From: Rickettsiaceae bacterium
GTDB taxonomy: Bacteria; Pseudomonadota; Alphaproteobacteria; Rickettsiales; Rickettsiaceae
Assembly: GCA_024236375.1 (NCBI GenBank)
Contig: JACKKP010000001.1
Coordinates: forward strand, 144,266-208,265
Length of the DNA: 64,000 nucleotides
Reading direction: 5' to 3'
Shown here: in pieces, positions 54,590 to 64,000 of the stretch
Layout of the letters: every line of letters starts with the position of its first letter
How positions within the stretch are numbered: position 1 is the first letter of the stretch
Notes under the pieces: model-generated
Database searches by the model: none
The model's input: only the letters and a program-made list of their open reading frames with translations
Told to the model about the DNA's origin: nothing
Translations under genes and position numbers: made by a program

Positions 54590-56380
54590 ATGAAACCTTC
54601 TGGTCATAACATATATCCAAATCCGACTCAAATTTTTAAAAGGCTATTAACAGACCATATATATCATTATAGGCGTAAAATTTTCACTGCTGTCTTTTTT
54701 ATGATTATAGCGGCTTTATGCTCAGCTTTAATTGTTAGACTCACTAAACCAGTAGTAGATAAGATATTAATTCAACATGATAGCTCTACTTTGTTATTGA
54801 TTACGGGCCTGATTATCATTATTTATACTATTAAAGGAATCGCGGAATATTTTCAAAATTATCTGATCAAGTTTGTAGGACAACAAATTCTAACTGATCT
54901 ACAAATAAAAATGTATCGTCATTTGCTCAATACAGACTATAGTGTGTTACAAAAGTTTCCTTCTGGTAAACTGATTTCGCGCTTTACTAATGATATAATT
55001 TTGCTGCGGGGTGCTGTTGCAAATACTTTAGTTGGTTGTGCAAAGCATTTATTATCAGTAGTATTTTTGATAGGTATAATGTTTAGCTTAGATCTATATT
55101 TATCTTTATTAGTTTTTCTTGCATTTCCTCTTACAATATACCCAATTCAAAAACTGAGTAGAACTATGCGTGGAGTCGTCCACAACTCTCAAGAAGAATT
55201 AAGTAATTTTACTGTACAATTAGATGAATCATTCAATGCTATTAAAGTGATAAAATCATATTGTATGGAAGAATATGAATTTCAGCAAGCGCGTAGGATC
55301 ACTGATAAAATGCTTGGTTATTATAAAAGAGCAGCAAAATTAGATTCTATGGCTTCTCCGCTTATGGAGGTACTCAGTGGTCTTACTATAGTAGGCCTGA
55401 TATGGTATGGAGATTATGCTATTAGTAATAATTATATGACAACTGGTACTTTATTTACTTTTATCATGGCATTTGTTTCTGCATATAGACCTTATAAAAG
55501 TTTGGTAGCATTAAATGTAAATATACAAGAAGGTTTAGCAGCGGCTACAAGGATTTTTAATATCTTAGACATCACACCATCGATTATAGATAAACCTGGT
55601 GCCCGAGAAGATATAATTTTTACTACACCAAATATAAAATATGAAAATATTGGTCTTACTTTTCCCAAGAATCGAGTAGCGCTTAGTCAATATAATTTAG
55701 AAGTTATGGCAGGAAAAACATATGCTATTGTTGGTAGTTCTGGAAGTGGTAAAACTTCTGTGGCAAACTTGACAATGAGACTATTTGACCCCACTGAAGG
55801 CAGTATTTATATTGATGGAGTCAATGTCAAAGATATAGCCTTGCAGACTTTGAGATGTCAAATTGCTTTTGTCACTCAAGACACGCTATTATTTGATGCA
55901 AGTGTTGCTGATAATATTTCTTATGTTAATGAAATAGATGAGACAGCTAAAGATAAAGAGCGTATTATAAAAGCGGCTAAGGCAGCAGATGCGCATAATT
56001 TTATTATGGCATTACCACATCAATATGATTCGCTAGTTGGAGCAAATGGGCAGAGTTTATCTGGGGGGCAACGCCAACGTCTTTCAATTGCTAGAGCATT
56101 TTATAAGGATGCGCCAATATTAGTATTAGATGAAGCGACTAGTGCTTTGGATCCAGTATCGGAGCGTTGTATTATAGGTTCGCTTAAAAAATTACGCAAA
56201 AACAAAACTACTTTGATTATAACTCATCGCCTTAATAGTATTACAGATGTTGACCAAATTATTGTAATGAGTAATGGTACAATTACTGAACAAGGTACTC
56301 ACCAGGAGCTATTAAATCAAAGAGGTGAGTATTATCAGTTATATAATAAGGAATTGAATGAGATTGACAAATATGTATAA
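54590..56380 (+). CDS. msbA: ABC transporter fused permease/ATPase, MsbA-like
   Basis: 6-TM domain with GKLISRFTND, GSSGSGKT, LSGGQRQR, LDEATSALD. Confidence 0.85.
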   Translation: MKPSGHNIYPNPTQIFKRLLTDHIYHYRRKIFTAVFFMIIAALCSALIVRLTKPVVDKILIQHDSSTLLLITGLIIIIYTIKGIAEYFQNYLIKFVGQQILTDLQIKMYRHLLNTDYSVLQKFPSGKLISRFTNDIILLRGAVANTLVGCAKHLLSVVFLIGIMFSLDLYLSLLVFLAFPLTIYPIQKLSRTMRGVVHNSQEELSNFTVQLDESFNAIKVIKSYCMEEYEFQQARRITDKMLGYYKRAAKLDSMASPLMEVLSGLTIVGLIWYGDYAISNNYMTTGTLFTFIMAFVSAYRPYKSLVALNVNIQEGLAAATRIFNILDITPSIIDKPGAREDIIFTTPNIKYENIGLTFPKNRVALSQYNLEVMAGKTYAIVGSSGSGKTSVANLTMRLFDPTEGSIYIDGVNVKDIALQTLRCQIAFVTQDTLLFDASVADNISYVNEIDETAKDKERIIKAAKAADAHNFIMALPHQYDSLVGANGQSLSGGQRQRLSIARAFYKDAPILVLDEATSALDPVSERCIIGSLKKLRKNKTTLIITHRLNSITDVDQIIVMSNGTITEQGTHQELLNQRGEYYQLYNKELNEIDKYV

Positions 56381-56407
56381 TGAATTGATTAAAAGAGGAG
56401 GAAAATA

Positions 56408-56806
56408 ATGAACGACAATAATAATACAGATTCAGATATTATTGTATCTAGTGAAATATCTGAAGAGTTGCCAGTTGCACCACCGGCAGTTGAAAATAGC
56501 TGGTTTGGGTTTGTTCCAATGGCACTGGTTTTTGTAATGTTTTATTTCTTTTTGATTCGCCCTCAAGAAAAGAAAAGACGTGAACATGAAAATTTCATTT
56601 CAACTATTAAATTAGGAGAAGAAGTAGTCACTAATAGTGGTTTGTTTGGCGTTATTACTAAAATTAATACTAGCGAAGATACTATATTATTACGTATTGC
56701 CAAAGATGTAGAAATTAAAGTATTAAAAAGCGCTATTAGTGATATTACTAGCAGGAAAAAAGCTGTAGATAAAAAACTAATAAATAATGAAAGTAAAAAA
56801 AAATAG
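56408..56806 (+). CDS. yajC: Preprotein translocase subunit YajC
   Basis: FYFFLIRPQEKK, GEEVVTNSGLFG; directly upstream of secD. Confidence 0.95.
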   Translation: MNDNNNTDSDIIVSSEISEELPVAPPAVENSWFGFVPMALVFVMFYFFLIRPQEKKRREHENFISTIKLGEEVVTNSGLFGVITKINTSEDTILLRIAKDVEIKVLKSAISDITSRKKAVDKKLINNESKKK

Positions 56807-56866
56807 TAGAATATTTGAAAGGGTTCAATAAGTTTAAATTAGCTACGAATTACTAAATAATTAATT

Positions 56867-58408
56867 ATGCAAAAACTCAGTAAAATAAAAATCACCATAG
56901 CCTTATTGATCACTTTCGTTTCATTAATTTATATTGCTCCTAATTTTGGTATATATACTTTTTCTTGGGCGTCTCAAAATAAAGTTAATCTAGGTCTAGA
57001 TCTGAAAGGAGGGTCTCACTTATTACTTACTGTTGACTTTGATGATTACATTAAAGATCTTACAGTATCAGCAGCAGAACTAGTGAAGAAGCATTTACGC
57101 GACGCAAAAATTGGTTATAAAAATTTTCAAATCAAACCTAATCAGATTAGTTTTGTAGTTAGAGAAGTAGATCAACAATCGCAATTAAAAAAAGTGCTAT
57201 ATAAGGCAGATCCCGATTTATCTTATGCATTACATGATAATTTAGTGACTATATTTTATAGCGAATATGTATTAAATCAGTTACAAGACAAAGTCATCGG
57301 ACAATCAATAGAAATTGTTAGAATGCGAGTAGATAGTACTGGTACAAAAGAGCCAACTATCCAGAGATTTGGTACTTTAAATATTTTATTGCAAGTGCCA
57401 GGAGAAAATAATCCTAGTGAATTAAAAAGGGTACTTGGTACTACAGCTAAACTTGCCTTTCATAAAGTAGAACGCAATGGTGATAATGAAGTTAATTCTT
57501 CCATTAGAGAAAAACTTGGCAAAAAATTATTACCATTTCTTGAAGGTAATGGTTCATTATGGGTTAATAGTAAACCAATTATTACTGGTGAAAATTTAGT
57601 TAATGCACGCATTCAATTTCAAAATGGAAATCCTGTGGTGCAATTCTCTTTGAATCAAAAAGGTGCTAAAAAATTTGCTGAATTCACTCAGAAAAATCGT
57701 GGTGAAAGACTTGCAATTATATTAGACGGAAAAATATTGAGTGCCCCTTCTATTGATGAGCCAATTAATTCAGGTGAAGGTTTTATTTCTGGAAATTTTT
57801 CTGTGGATTCTGCAACAGAGCTTGCTTTGATGCTTAAAGCTGGAGCGTTGCCAGCACCCTTAAAAATTATAGAAGAAAGAGTTATTGGACCAAATTTAGG
57901 TGCCGATTCAATTGAATCAGGTAAGCTCGCTGCCTATATAGGCTTCTCCCTAGTAGTTGGTTTTATGATTCTAACTTATGGAATGTTAGGTATATTTGCA
58001 AGTCTTAGCTTGGTAATAGGCTTAATATATATTTTTGCACTACTTACTATGCTGCAGGCTACTTTAACCTTACCTGGTATTGCAGGTATTATTTTAACAA
58101 TTGGCATGGCAGTTGATGCAAATGTGCTGATTTATGAGCGTATAAGAGAAGAAATTGCAAAAGGAAAATCAAATCTATATTCGGTCAAAATTGGTTTTGA
58201 GTCTGCTTTTAGAACTATATTAGATTCTAATGTGACTACTCTAATTGCCGCCTTTTTACTTTATAATTTTGGTGTAGGAGCAATTAAGGGTTTTGCAGTT
58301 ACCCTGACTATAGGGATTATTGTTTCTATGTATAGTGCGGTAGTGATAACTAGAATAATGGTTGATTTGTGGCTGAAATATCTGAAGCCTAAAATAATTT
58401 TATATTAA
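56867..58408 (+). CDS. secD: Protein translocase subunit SecD
   Basis: LGLDLKGG, RVD..G..EPTIQ, LKAGALPAP, TLTLPGIAG..IGMAVDANVLIYERIREE. Confidence 0.97.
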   Translation: MQKLSKIKITIALLITFVSLIYIAPNFGIYTFSWASQNKVNLGLDLKGGSHLLLTVDFDDYIKDLTVSAAELVKKHLRDAKIGYKNFQIKPNQISFVVREVDQQSQLKKVLYKADPDLSYALHDNLVTIFYSEYVLNQLQDKVIGQSIEIVRMRVDSTGTKEPTIQRFGTLNILLQVPGENNPSELKRVLGTTAKLAFHKVERNGDNEVNSSIREKLGKKLLPFLEGNGSLWVNSKPIITGENLVNARIQFQNGNPVVQFSLNQKGAKKFAEFTQKNRGERLAIILDGKILSAPSIDEPINSGEGFISGNFSVDSATELALMLKAGALPAPLKIIEERVIGPNLGADSIESGKLAAYIGFSLVVGFMILTYGMLGIFASLSLVIGLIYIFALLTMLQATLTLPGIAGIILTIGMAVDANVLIYERIREEIAKGKSNLYSVKIGFESAFRTILDSNVTTLIAAFLLYNFGVGAIKGFAVTLTIGIIVSMYSAVVITRIMVDLWLKYLKPKIILY

Positions 58409-58490
58409 ATAAGGGTTTTGGTTATTGCTTTGTATTAAAGAGGATATATTATAAATTATATGTAAAAATAATATTTAGGTTTATATTCTT

Positions 58491-58697
58491 ATGCAAAACA
58501 ACAAAATTTTAGCTATTACAGCACTTATATTGCTTGCAAGTTGCACCCAGCAGCATTATTCGGATCGCACTAAATATAATGCAGAACATGCTGCTAAGAA
58601 AGAACATACTAAACACAACTATAATATACCAGGAGCGACTGAAATGAGTAAGCCTATTCATATACCTACTCCTGTTACTATTCCCGTTACTCATTAA
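58491..58697 (+). CDS. Small putative lipoprotein
   Basis: Basic N-terminus, hydrophobic core, lipobox LASC; His/Pro-rich mature part. Confidence 0.65.
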   Translation: MQNNKILAITALILLASCTQQHYSDRTKYNAEHAAKKEHTKHNYNIPGATEMSKPIHIPTPVTIPVTH

Positions 58698-59263
58698 TAC
58701 TGATTAAGTTAGCTTAACTTATAATCACAATAAATTTTTAGTAATATCCAGAATGGCATTATAATGTGTCATGAAGTAATAATAATTGATTTGATATATT
58801 CTATTTCAAGTCAATTATTTTAGCCCATCTACTAACATATAGAATATGTAAGTTTCTCTTATTCAAATATCAATCTAATTAACTTATTTAAATATTTGAT
58901 CTTAATTTACTTTTCCTTTGATATAAGATTATCAACATTCTATATTCATAAATTCCCAAAAAGATACTCTTGTGGCTTTTAATTGACAATTATATAGTCA
59001 TCCAAGTAGTTTCATTATATTCGTTTTGCCTGTAACGAAAACTGTATCAAAAAAGTCTCTCATAATTATTACATAACCCAGGATAGTTTTGAATATTTTT
59101 GCATAATTCTAATGAAAAGTTTATCTTTTAATTAGTAATTAGTTTTTTATGGGCTCTTTTTTTATGAAGAGCTAGTAATTTCAAAATCAGGATATCAAAA
59201 TAATTCTGTGAGATATTGCACTAATATTATTATTAACTATAAAATTATGGGTAATTAAAAATT

Positions 59264-62200
59264 ATGCAAAATAAAAATTTCAGAAAAGTGTTAGCAGCTG
59301 CTTCATTGATGGCAGTCACAGGCCTAAGTAGTACAGCAATGGGAGCAAGATATACAGGCACAGGCGGAGCGGTAGAAATAAAGAATGGCGTTAATACAGC
59401 TAATAGTGACGGTGCAGCTGTACCATGGGTAGCAAATGACTCTTTTTCTTCTGGGACAGATGACAATGTTACATTTAAAGGTGCAGATATTGCCACTTAT
59501 GATGCAAATGGCCAAGCTCCACTTAGTATCATTGTTGAAAATAATTCGACTATTGGTTCTATAGTAAATAGTAATGGTGCTGCAAGAAGTTTACTAACTA
59601 TTCTAGATAATATAAGCCTTACTACTACTCAAGTCACTGGTGTTAATGCACAAAATCAAACACAAGTAGGTGGTAATTTTTCTGGGCTTGGTCCCGTTAG
59701 TTTAGAAAATGGATCATTATTCTTAGTTAATACAAATAGTAACTTCCCAGATAGTTTTGATGGAAATAATATAAATAATGGTAATTTAACAATTAATGAC
59801 GGTATTAATGCTACATTTAATGGTCATATAGGTAATATCAATCCATTAGACTCAATTAATATCAAAGACAATGCTACTGCTAATTTTATAGATCATAGTG
59901 TCAATGCTAAGACAATAATCTTAAATAACCCAAGCTCTAATATAATTTTTGATGGTAGTACAGTTACTGGTGCAATAGAAGGGCAAGTGAGTGGTGCTGG
60001 TATAGTTAAATTCAATAATACAGTTAATATAAGTGGTTCAATAGGTTCTATTACTCCAATCAATACTGTGAATGTTGCAGATGCAGAGGTAACTTTTAAT
60101 GATACAGTGGCTGCACAAACAATTTTGATTAATAAAGGGACTGCCAAATTTTTAGAGGAAGTTACAGGAAATATTAAATTTACTGGGGATGGCAGAGTAG
60201 ATCTTTTAGATACTAAAGATAGTCAATTCGGTATTAATGGTAACATTACTACAAATCAAAATAATACTGGGACATTAAATTTTGTCAGTGGTGTGACAGT
60301 CACATCTTCTGTAGGAAGCCAAAATTTGGCGCTGAAATCAGTAATAGTGCAAGGAGGCCATATAGTACAATTTGCTAGTACAGTTCCTACTAATCATTAT
60401 GCTCAAGAATATACATTTAATGATCAAAATTCTATGTTACAGCTTGCGGCTAATAACAGCTTAGATGGTAAAATAGTAGCTGTGAATAATAATAATGGTA
60501 TAATCGAATTTTTCGGTGCTGGTAAGATTAATGGCACAATTGGTGACGCAACTAATGCTTTTGGGTCAATTATTTCGCTTGCAGATCTAGTACAAATTAT
60601 GCCTGGAGATCATTATTTAACAGCTTTAGTTTTAGGTGATAATGCTAACGCTGCATTTAGCATGGCTAATAATACCAATATCAATGGTGGGATTAGTTTG
60701 CAAGGAAATAATGGTTCAATTACATTTGAGGGTAATAGTACAGTGAATGGTGCTATTGGTGATACACAATTTAGTTTAAGTAATCTTAATATAAATGGAG
60801 CAAAAAATACTAAAGTCACTATAGACGGTGATCTTAGTGCTAATATAGTTTCAATTAACTCCGGTGGGACCTTAGACTTAGCTCAGGGGACAAATATCAC
60901 AACTCTAAATTTTGCTTCTCAAGGTGGAACATTGAATATTACAGGCGATAAAAATCATACAATAGGACAGGTAGATATTGCTGAGCACGGTAACAACATT
61001 GCGGCCATTAATATAGCCAGTAATGTAGGTGTAGGGGATAATAGAATAGTTAATTTGGGTACAGTGGGAGATAAAACCAATGCTGGATTATATTTGGATT
61101 TGTTAAAAGTAGATGGTAGGGAGGATTATTTTGTAAGATTAGCATTAGATGATAATTCTTATATCAAAAACATAGAATTAGGTAATAACACTGTAGTAGA
61201 ACTTGCTAATGGAACTTATAAATTTAATAATATTTCTCCTCAGTTAGATGGAAATGGTGTATTAAAAATTGATGGTAATGTTACTTTAGAATCTGCTACA
61301 AATAATGTAGAAGTGGCTTTTGGTAGTAGTAGCAAAAAATTAGCTAATATAGAGCTTGATAGCAATTCATCTCTTATTATAGGAGATAATATTAATTTAT
61401 ATACAGCGGCGTTCGATCCACAAGGCAATAACGTAATTAATTTCACTGGTGCACATAAATTCTTTGCGCCAAATAACTCGCCATTAAATCAATTAGATTT
61501 AGATGCCGGAGGTAATTTAACCTTATTAAGTGATTTTAATGTAAATACGGTAAATTTAGGTGATAATTCTAGTTTATATTTAACTTCCAATATAACTTCT
61601 GCAACTGGTATTAATCCTGTTAATAATAATGGGAATGTTAAAATATATTTCGATAATCCGAATGATGTTACAATACAAGCTGATATAGGTAACAATAATG
61701 TAGTGGATGAAATATATTTTACTGGTTCAAATATAAATGTTGCATCTGGAAAGAGTATATTATCTCAAAAATTCATATTTGCTACTAATACAGGTTTAGC
61801 ATTTAACTTAGGAGATACACAAACTTCCTATAACGCGACTTTTACTAATAATAGTGGTTCTGAGATAATCAATACTATTATTTTGAATAAAGATGTGCCT
61901 CTGACTACATTTAACTTCAATAGTAATATTGCTACAGAGAATGATGGTGCTAGAAAGTTAAATGTACAATTATCTGATACATCAAATGTAAGAATTTTGA
62001 CTCCAAATACTCATGGAGCAATTTTTATTACTTCAGTCAATGGTTCTGGTAATATAACATTAGATGCAGATGAAGGCAGTATTTATGCTATTGGTGCTGA
62101 AGATATGAAAGTTGGTTCAGTGAATTTTAATGAACACTCTACAGTAACAGCAGGTTTGTTTGCAACTAATGCATCACTAGCTACTAACAAAACCTTTACA

Positions 62201-64000
62201 TTAGGTGAAACTATTGAGGTCACTAATGGTATCGCTCTTGGGCAAGATACAGTATTAAATCTTGCAGATGGAGCAGTTTTAAAATCTGTAGTGAATGGTT
62301 TAGGTAATTTAAATTTCCAAGCTTCCGGTCTCATTGAAAATGATATTGGTACAAACCAATTTTTACAATCGATCAATTTTTCAGATGATGACCAAAGTGG
62401 TTTGTTAATATACTCTGAAACTATTGCTGCTGCTGATATAAAGTTTAATAAAGGTCTGGTAGTATTTGAGGATCAAGTTGAATATGCTACATTAGATGCG
62501 AATGTTACATTTGATAATGCGAATGTAAATCTAATTCTTAGAGATGTTTCTGTGAACGGAAATTTAAGATTTATAGGTGATAATACACTTAGCTTCAACG
62601 TAAATCAATCTATTATAGGCGGTGAGAACCATGGTACAATAGAGATAAATAATCCGGGCTCAGAACTTATTATTGAACAAGGTGCTACTTTAAAATTAGA
62701 CATAGATGATACTGGTTATCCAAGAATTAATGAAGATAAATTATTATCAGTCATTACTAATAATAATCCGCCATTAGTGCAATTTACAGATAGTAATGTG
62801 ACTATCACTAATACAAACCCATTCATTAGTTATACGTTAGCAGATAGTGACGGCTTGTTACTTAATATGACTGATAGTGTAGTAAACGTAACTCCAATTT
62901 TAGAAACGCAAGGTTTAACCACTAATGAGGCTGATAATGTTAATCTTATTTTAGCTTCTTCACCTGGTACTGAGGCTTATGATTTTTCAATGGTGTTAGC
63001 TCGTTTACTTGATGGTGAAGGTGGATTTAAGCCAGAAGCACTAGAAGCAATCAGAAGACTTGAACCAGTAAATAATAATAGAATTGCTATGAGTTCAATG
63101 TTATCTATTAATCATAATATATTAACGCGTCTTGATACTCAGAGTAGTTCTAGTAATCGTTTTACATCTTCTGGTGACGAAGGTTATATGTATGGTGCAT
63201 GGGTGACCCCATTCATGGCTGGTATAGAGCGTAAACCATTATCTACTACTACAGCTTATTACTCTAGTTATAAAGGTAATAGTAATGGTATTACTGTGGG
63301 TTATGATGCCCAAATTCTTGAAGATATGGTGCTTGGTGTAGCGTTAAGTCATATACATAATAGCGTGACATATAGAGAATATAAAGAAGGTGATAAATCA
63401 AGGTCTAATATTATTGGTGCATCTATATATGGTATGAAACAAATTAACGACACTTGGTATGCTAAAGCAATTACAAGTATTGCTAATGATAAAGTCAAAA
63501 ATATTGAGAATAGAATGATAGTATCGGATCTAACTAACGAGATTAGTTATGACACGGTAACAAGTAAATATAATTCGATGTTATTCAGTGCTGAAGCTTT
63601 GCTAGGTTATAGTTATCAATTACAGCAAAATGTGACTATAGATCCATTAATGGGTCTTAAATATACTAGAATAGGTGGTGCTAAGTATAATGAAGTTGGC
63701 GGTGTGGATGTGCCTAATATGCAAGTTATAAGAAAAGCGACTAATAAATTGGATGTAGTATTCGGTGCTAAAATAACTGGTAAAGAATATACACTAGCAA
63801 AATCTAACGTAACACCTGAAGCTCATGCTTCTGTAAGCCATGCGTTGGTTAATAAAAACAAAGGTTCAACTTTTGAAATTCAAGGTGCTAGTCCTCTAAG
63901 TTCATTAAACGGCAAAATTGACAAAACTCAATATAATCTAGGTTTTAGTGTAAATGCTAATTATAACATGACAGAATGTGGCATTGGATATGATGCTTAT
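59264..64000 (+). CDS. Large Sca/OmpB-like autotransporter outer-membrane protein (3'-truncated; absent from ORF track)
   Basis: MQNKNFRKVLAAASLMAVTGLSSTAMGA signal peptide resembles rOmpB; N/G/T/I-rich beta-helix passenger; SSGDE..YGAW at about 63170 marks the beta-barrel start; same frame reads YNLGFSVNANY..GIGYDAY at the window edge. Confidence 0.92.
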   Translation, partial: MQNKNFRKVLAAASLMAVTGLSSTAMGARYTGTGGAVEIKNGVNTANSDGAAVPWVANDSFSSGTDDNVTFKGADIATYDANGQAPLSIIVENNSTIGSIVNSNGAARSLLTILDNISLTTTQVTGVNAQNQTQVGGNFSGLGPVSLENGSLFLVNTNSNFPDSFDGNNINNGNLTINDGINATFNGHIGNINPLDSINIKDNATANFIDHSVNAKTIILNNPSSNIIFDGSTVTGAIEGQVSGAGIVKFNNTVNISGSIGSITPINTVNVADAEVTFNDTVAAQTILINKGTAKFLEEVTGNIKFTGDGRVDLLDTKDSQFGINGNITTNQNNTGTLNFVSGVTVTSSVGSQNLALKSVIVQGGHIVQFASTVPTNHYAQEYTFNDQNSMLQLAANNSLDGKIVAVNNNNGIIEFFGAGKINGTIGDATNAFGSIISLADLVQIMPGDHYLTALVLGDNANAAFSMANNTNINGGISLQGNNGSITFEGNSTVNGAIGDTQFSLSNLNINGAKNTKVTIDGDLSANIVSINSGGTLDLAQGTNITTLNFASQGGTLNITGDKNHTIGQVDIAEHGNNIAAINIASNVGVGDNRIVNLGTVGDKTNAGLYLDLLKVDGREDYFVRLALDDNSYIKNIELGNNTVVELANGTYKFNNISPQLDGNGVLKIDGNVTLESATNNVEVAFGSSSKKLANIELDSNSSLIIGDNINLYTAAFDPQGNNVINFTGAHKFFAPNNSPLNQLDLDAGGNLTLLSDFNVNTVNLGDNSSLYLTSNITSATGINPVNNNGNVKIYFDNPNDVTIQADIGNNNVVDEIYFTGSNINVASGKSILSQKFIFATNTGLAFNLGDTQTSYNATFTNNSGSEIINTIILNKDVPLTTFNFNSNIATENDGARKLNVQLSDTSNVRILTPNTHGAIFITSVNGSGNITLDADEGSIYAIGAEDMKVGSVNFNEHSTVTAGLFATNASLATNKTFTLGETIEVTNGIALGQDTVLNLADGAVLKSVVNGLGNLNFQASGLIENDIGTNQFLQSINFSDDDQSGLLIYSETIAAADIKFNKGLVVFEDQVEYATLDANVTFDNANVNLILRDVSVNGNLRFIGDNTLSFNVNQSIIGGENHGTIEINNPGSELIIEQGATLKLDIDDTGYPRINEDKLLSVITNNNPPLVQFTDSNVTITNTNPFISYTLADSDGLLLNMTDSVVNVTPILETQGLTTNEADNVNLILASSPGTEAYDFSMVLARLLDGEGGFKPEALEAIRRLEPVNNNRIAMSSMLSINHNILTRLDTQSSSSNRFTSSGDEGYMYGAWVTPFMAGIERKPLSTTTAYYSSYKGNSNGITVGYDAQILEDMVLGVALSHIHNSVTYREYKEGDKSRSNIIGASIYGMKQINDTWYAKAITSIANDKVKNIENRMIVSDLTNEISYDTVTSKYNSMLFSAEALLGYSYQLQQNVTIDPLMGLKYTRIGGAKYNEVGGVDVPNMQVIRKATNKLDVVFGAKITGKEYTLAKSNVTPEAHASVSHALVNKNKGSTFEIQGASPLSSLNGKIDKTQYNLGFSVNANYNMTECGIGYDAY

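Noticed and set aside
59245-62376. Seven short minus-strand ORFs in the track
   Set aside because: Antisense shadows of the + strand autotransporter frame.

Overview
AT-rich chromosomal window from a Rickettsiales bacterium, most likely Rickettsiaceae. This is inferred from an OmpB/Sca-type autotransporter, trxA next to a long GltD-like oxidoreductase, a Na+/solute symporter-histidine kinase fusion, and yajC-secD without secF. Most of the window is housekeeping genes: atpD, prsA, secA, hemB, lon, rpmJ, obgE, gltX, holB, recG, pgpA, trxA, sucCD, ychF, lptF, tRNA-Asn, rpsF-rpsR-rplI, msbA-like, yajC, secD. Accessory content: (1) a compact gene-transfer-agent-like operon (megatron, DUF2793 tail fibre, holin, lysozyme) with no head genes in the window; (2) orphan candidate effectors, two with eukaryotic CaaX prenylation tails, one of which lies behind an in-frame amber codon; (3) three copies of a ~160-bp Correia-like MITE, one with an IS5 element inserted in its end; (4) a tandemly duplicated C-terminal gene cassette and a tandem pair of orphan paralogs; (5) a photolyase and TspO. 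The ORF track missed rpmJ (27300-27425) and a >1579-aa autotransporter that runs off the right edge. Frameshifts clustered at about 2500-3250 (prsA and the secA 5' end) look like assembly errors. All family assignments come from motif recognition, not database searches.
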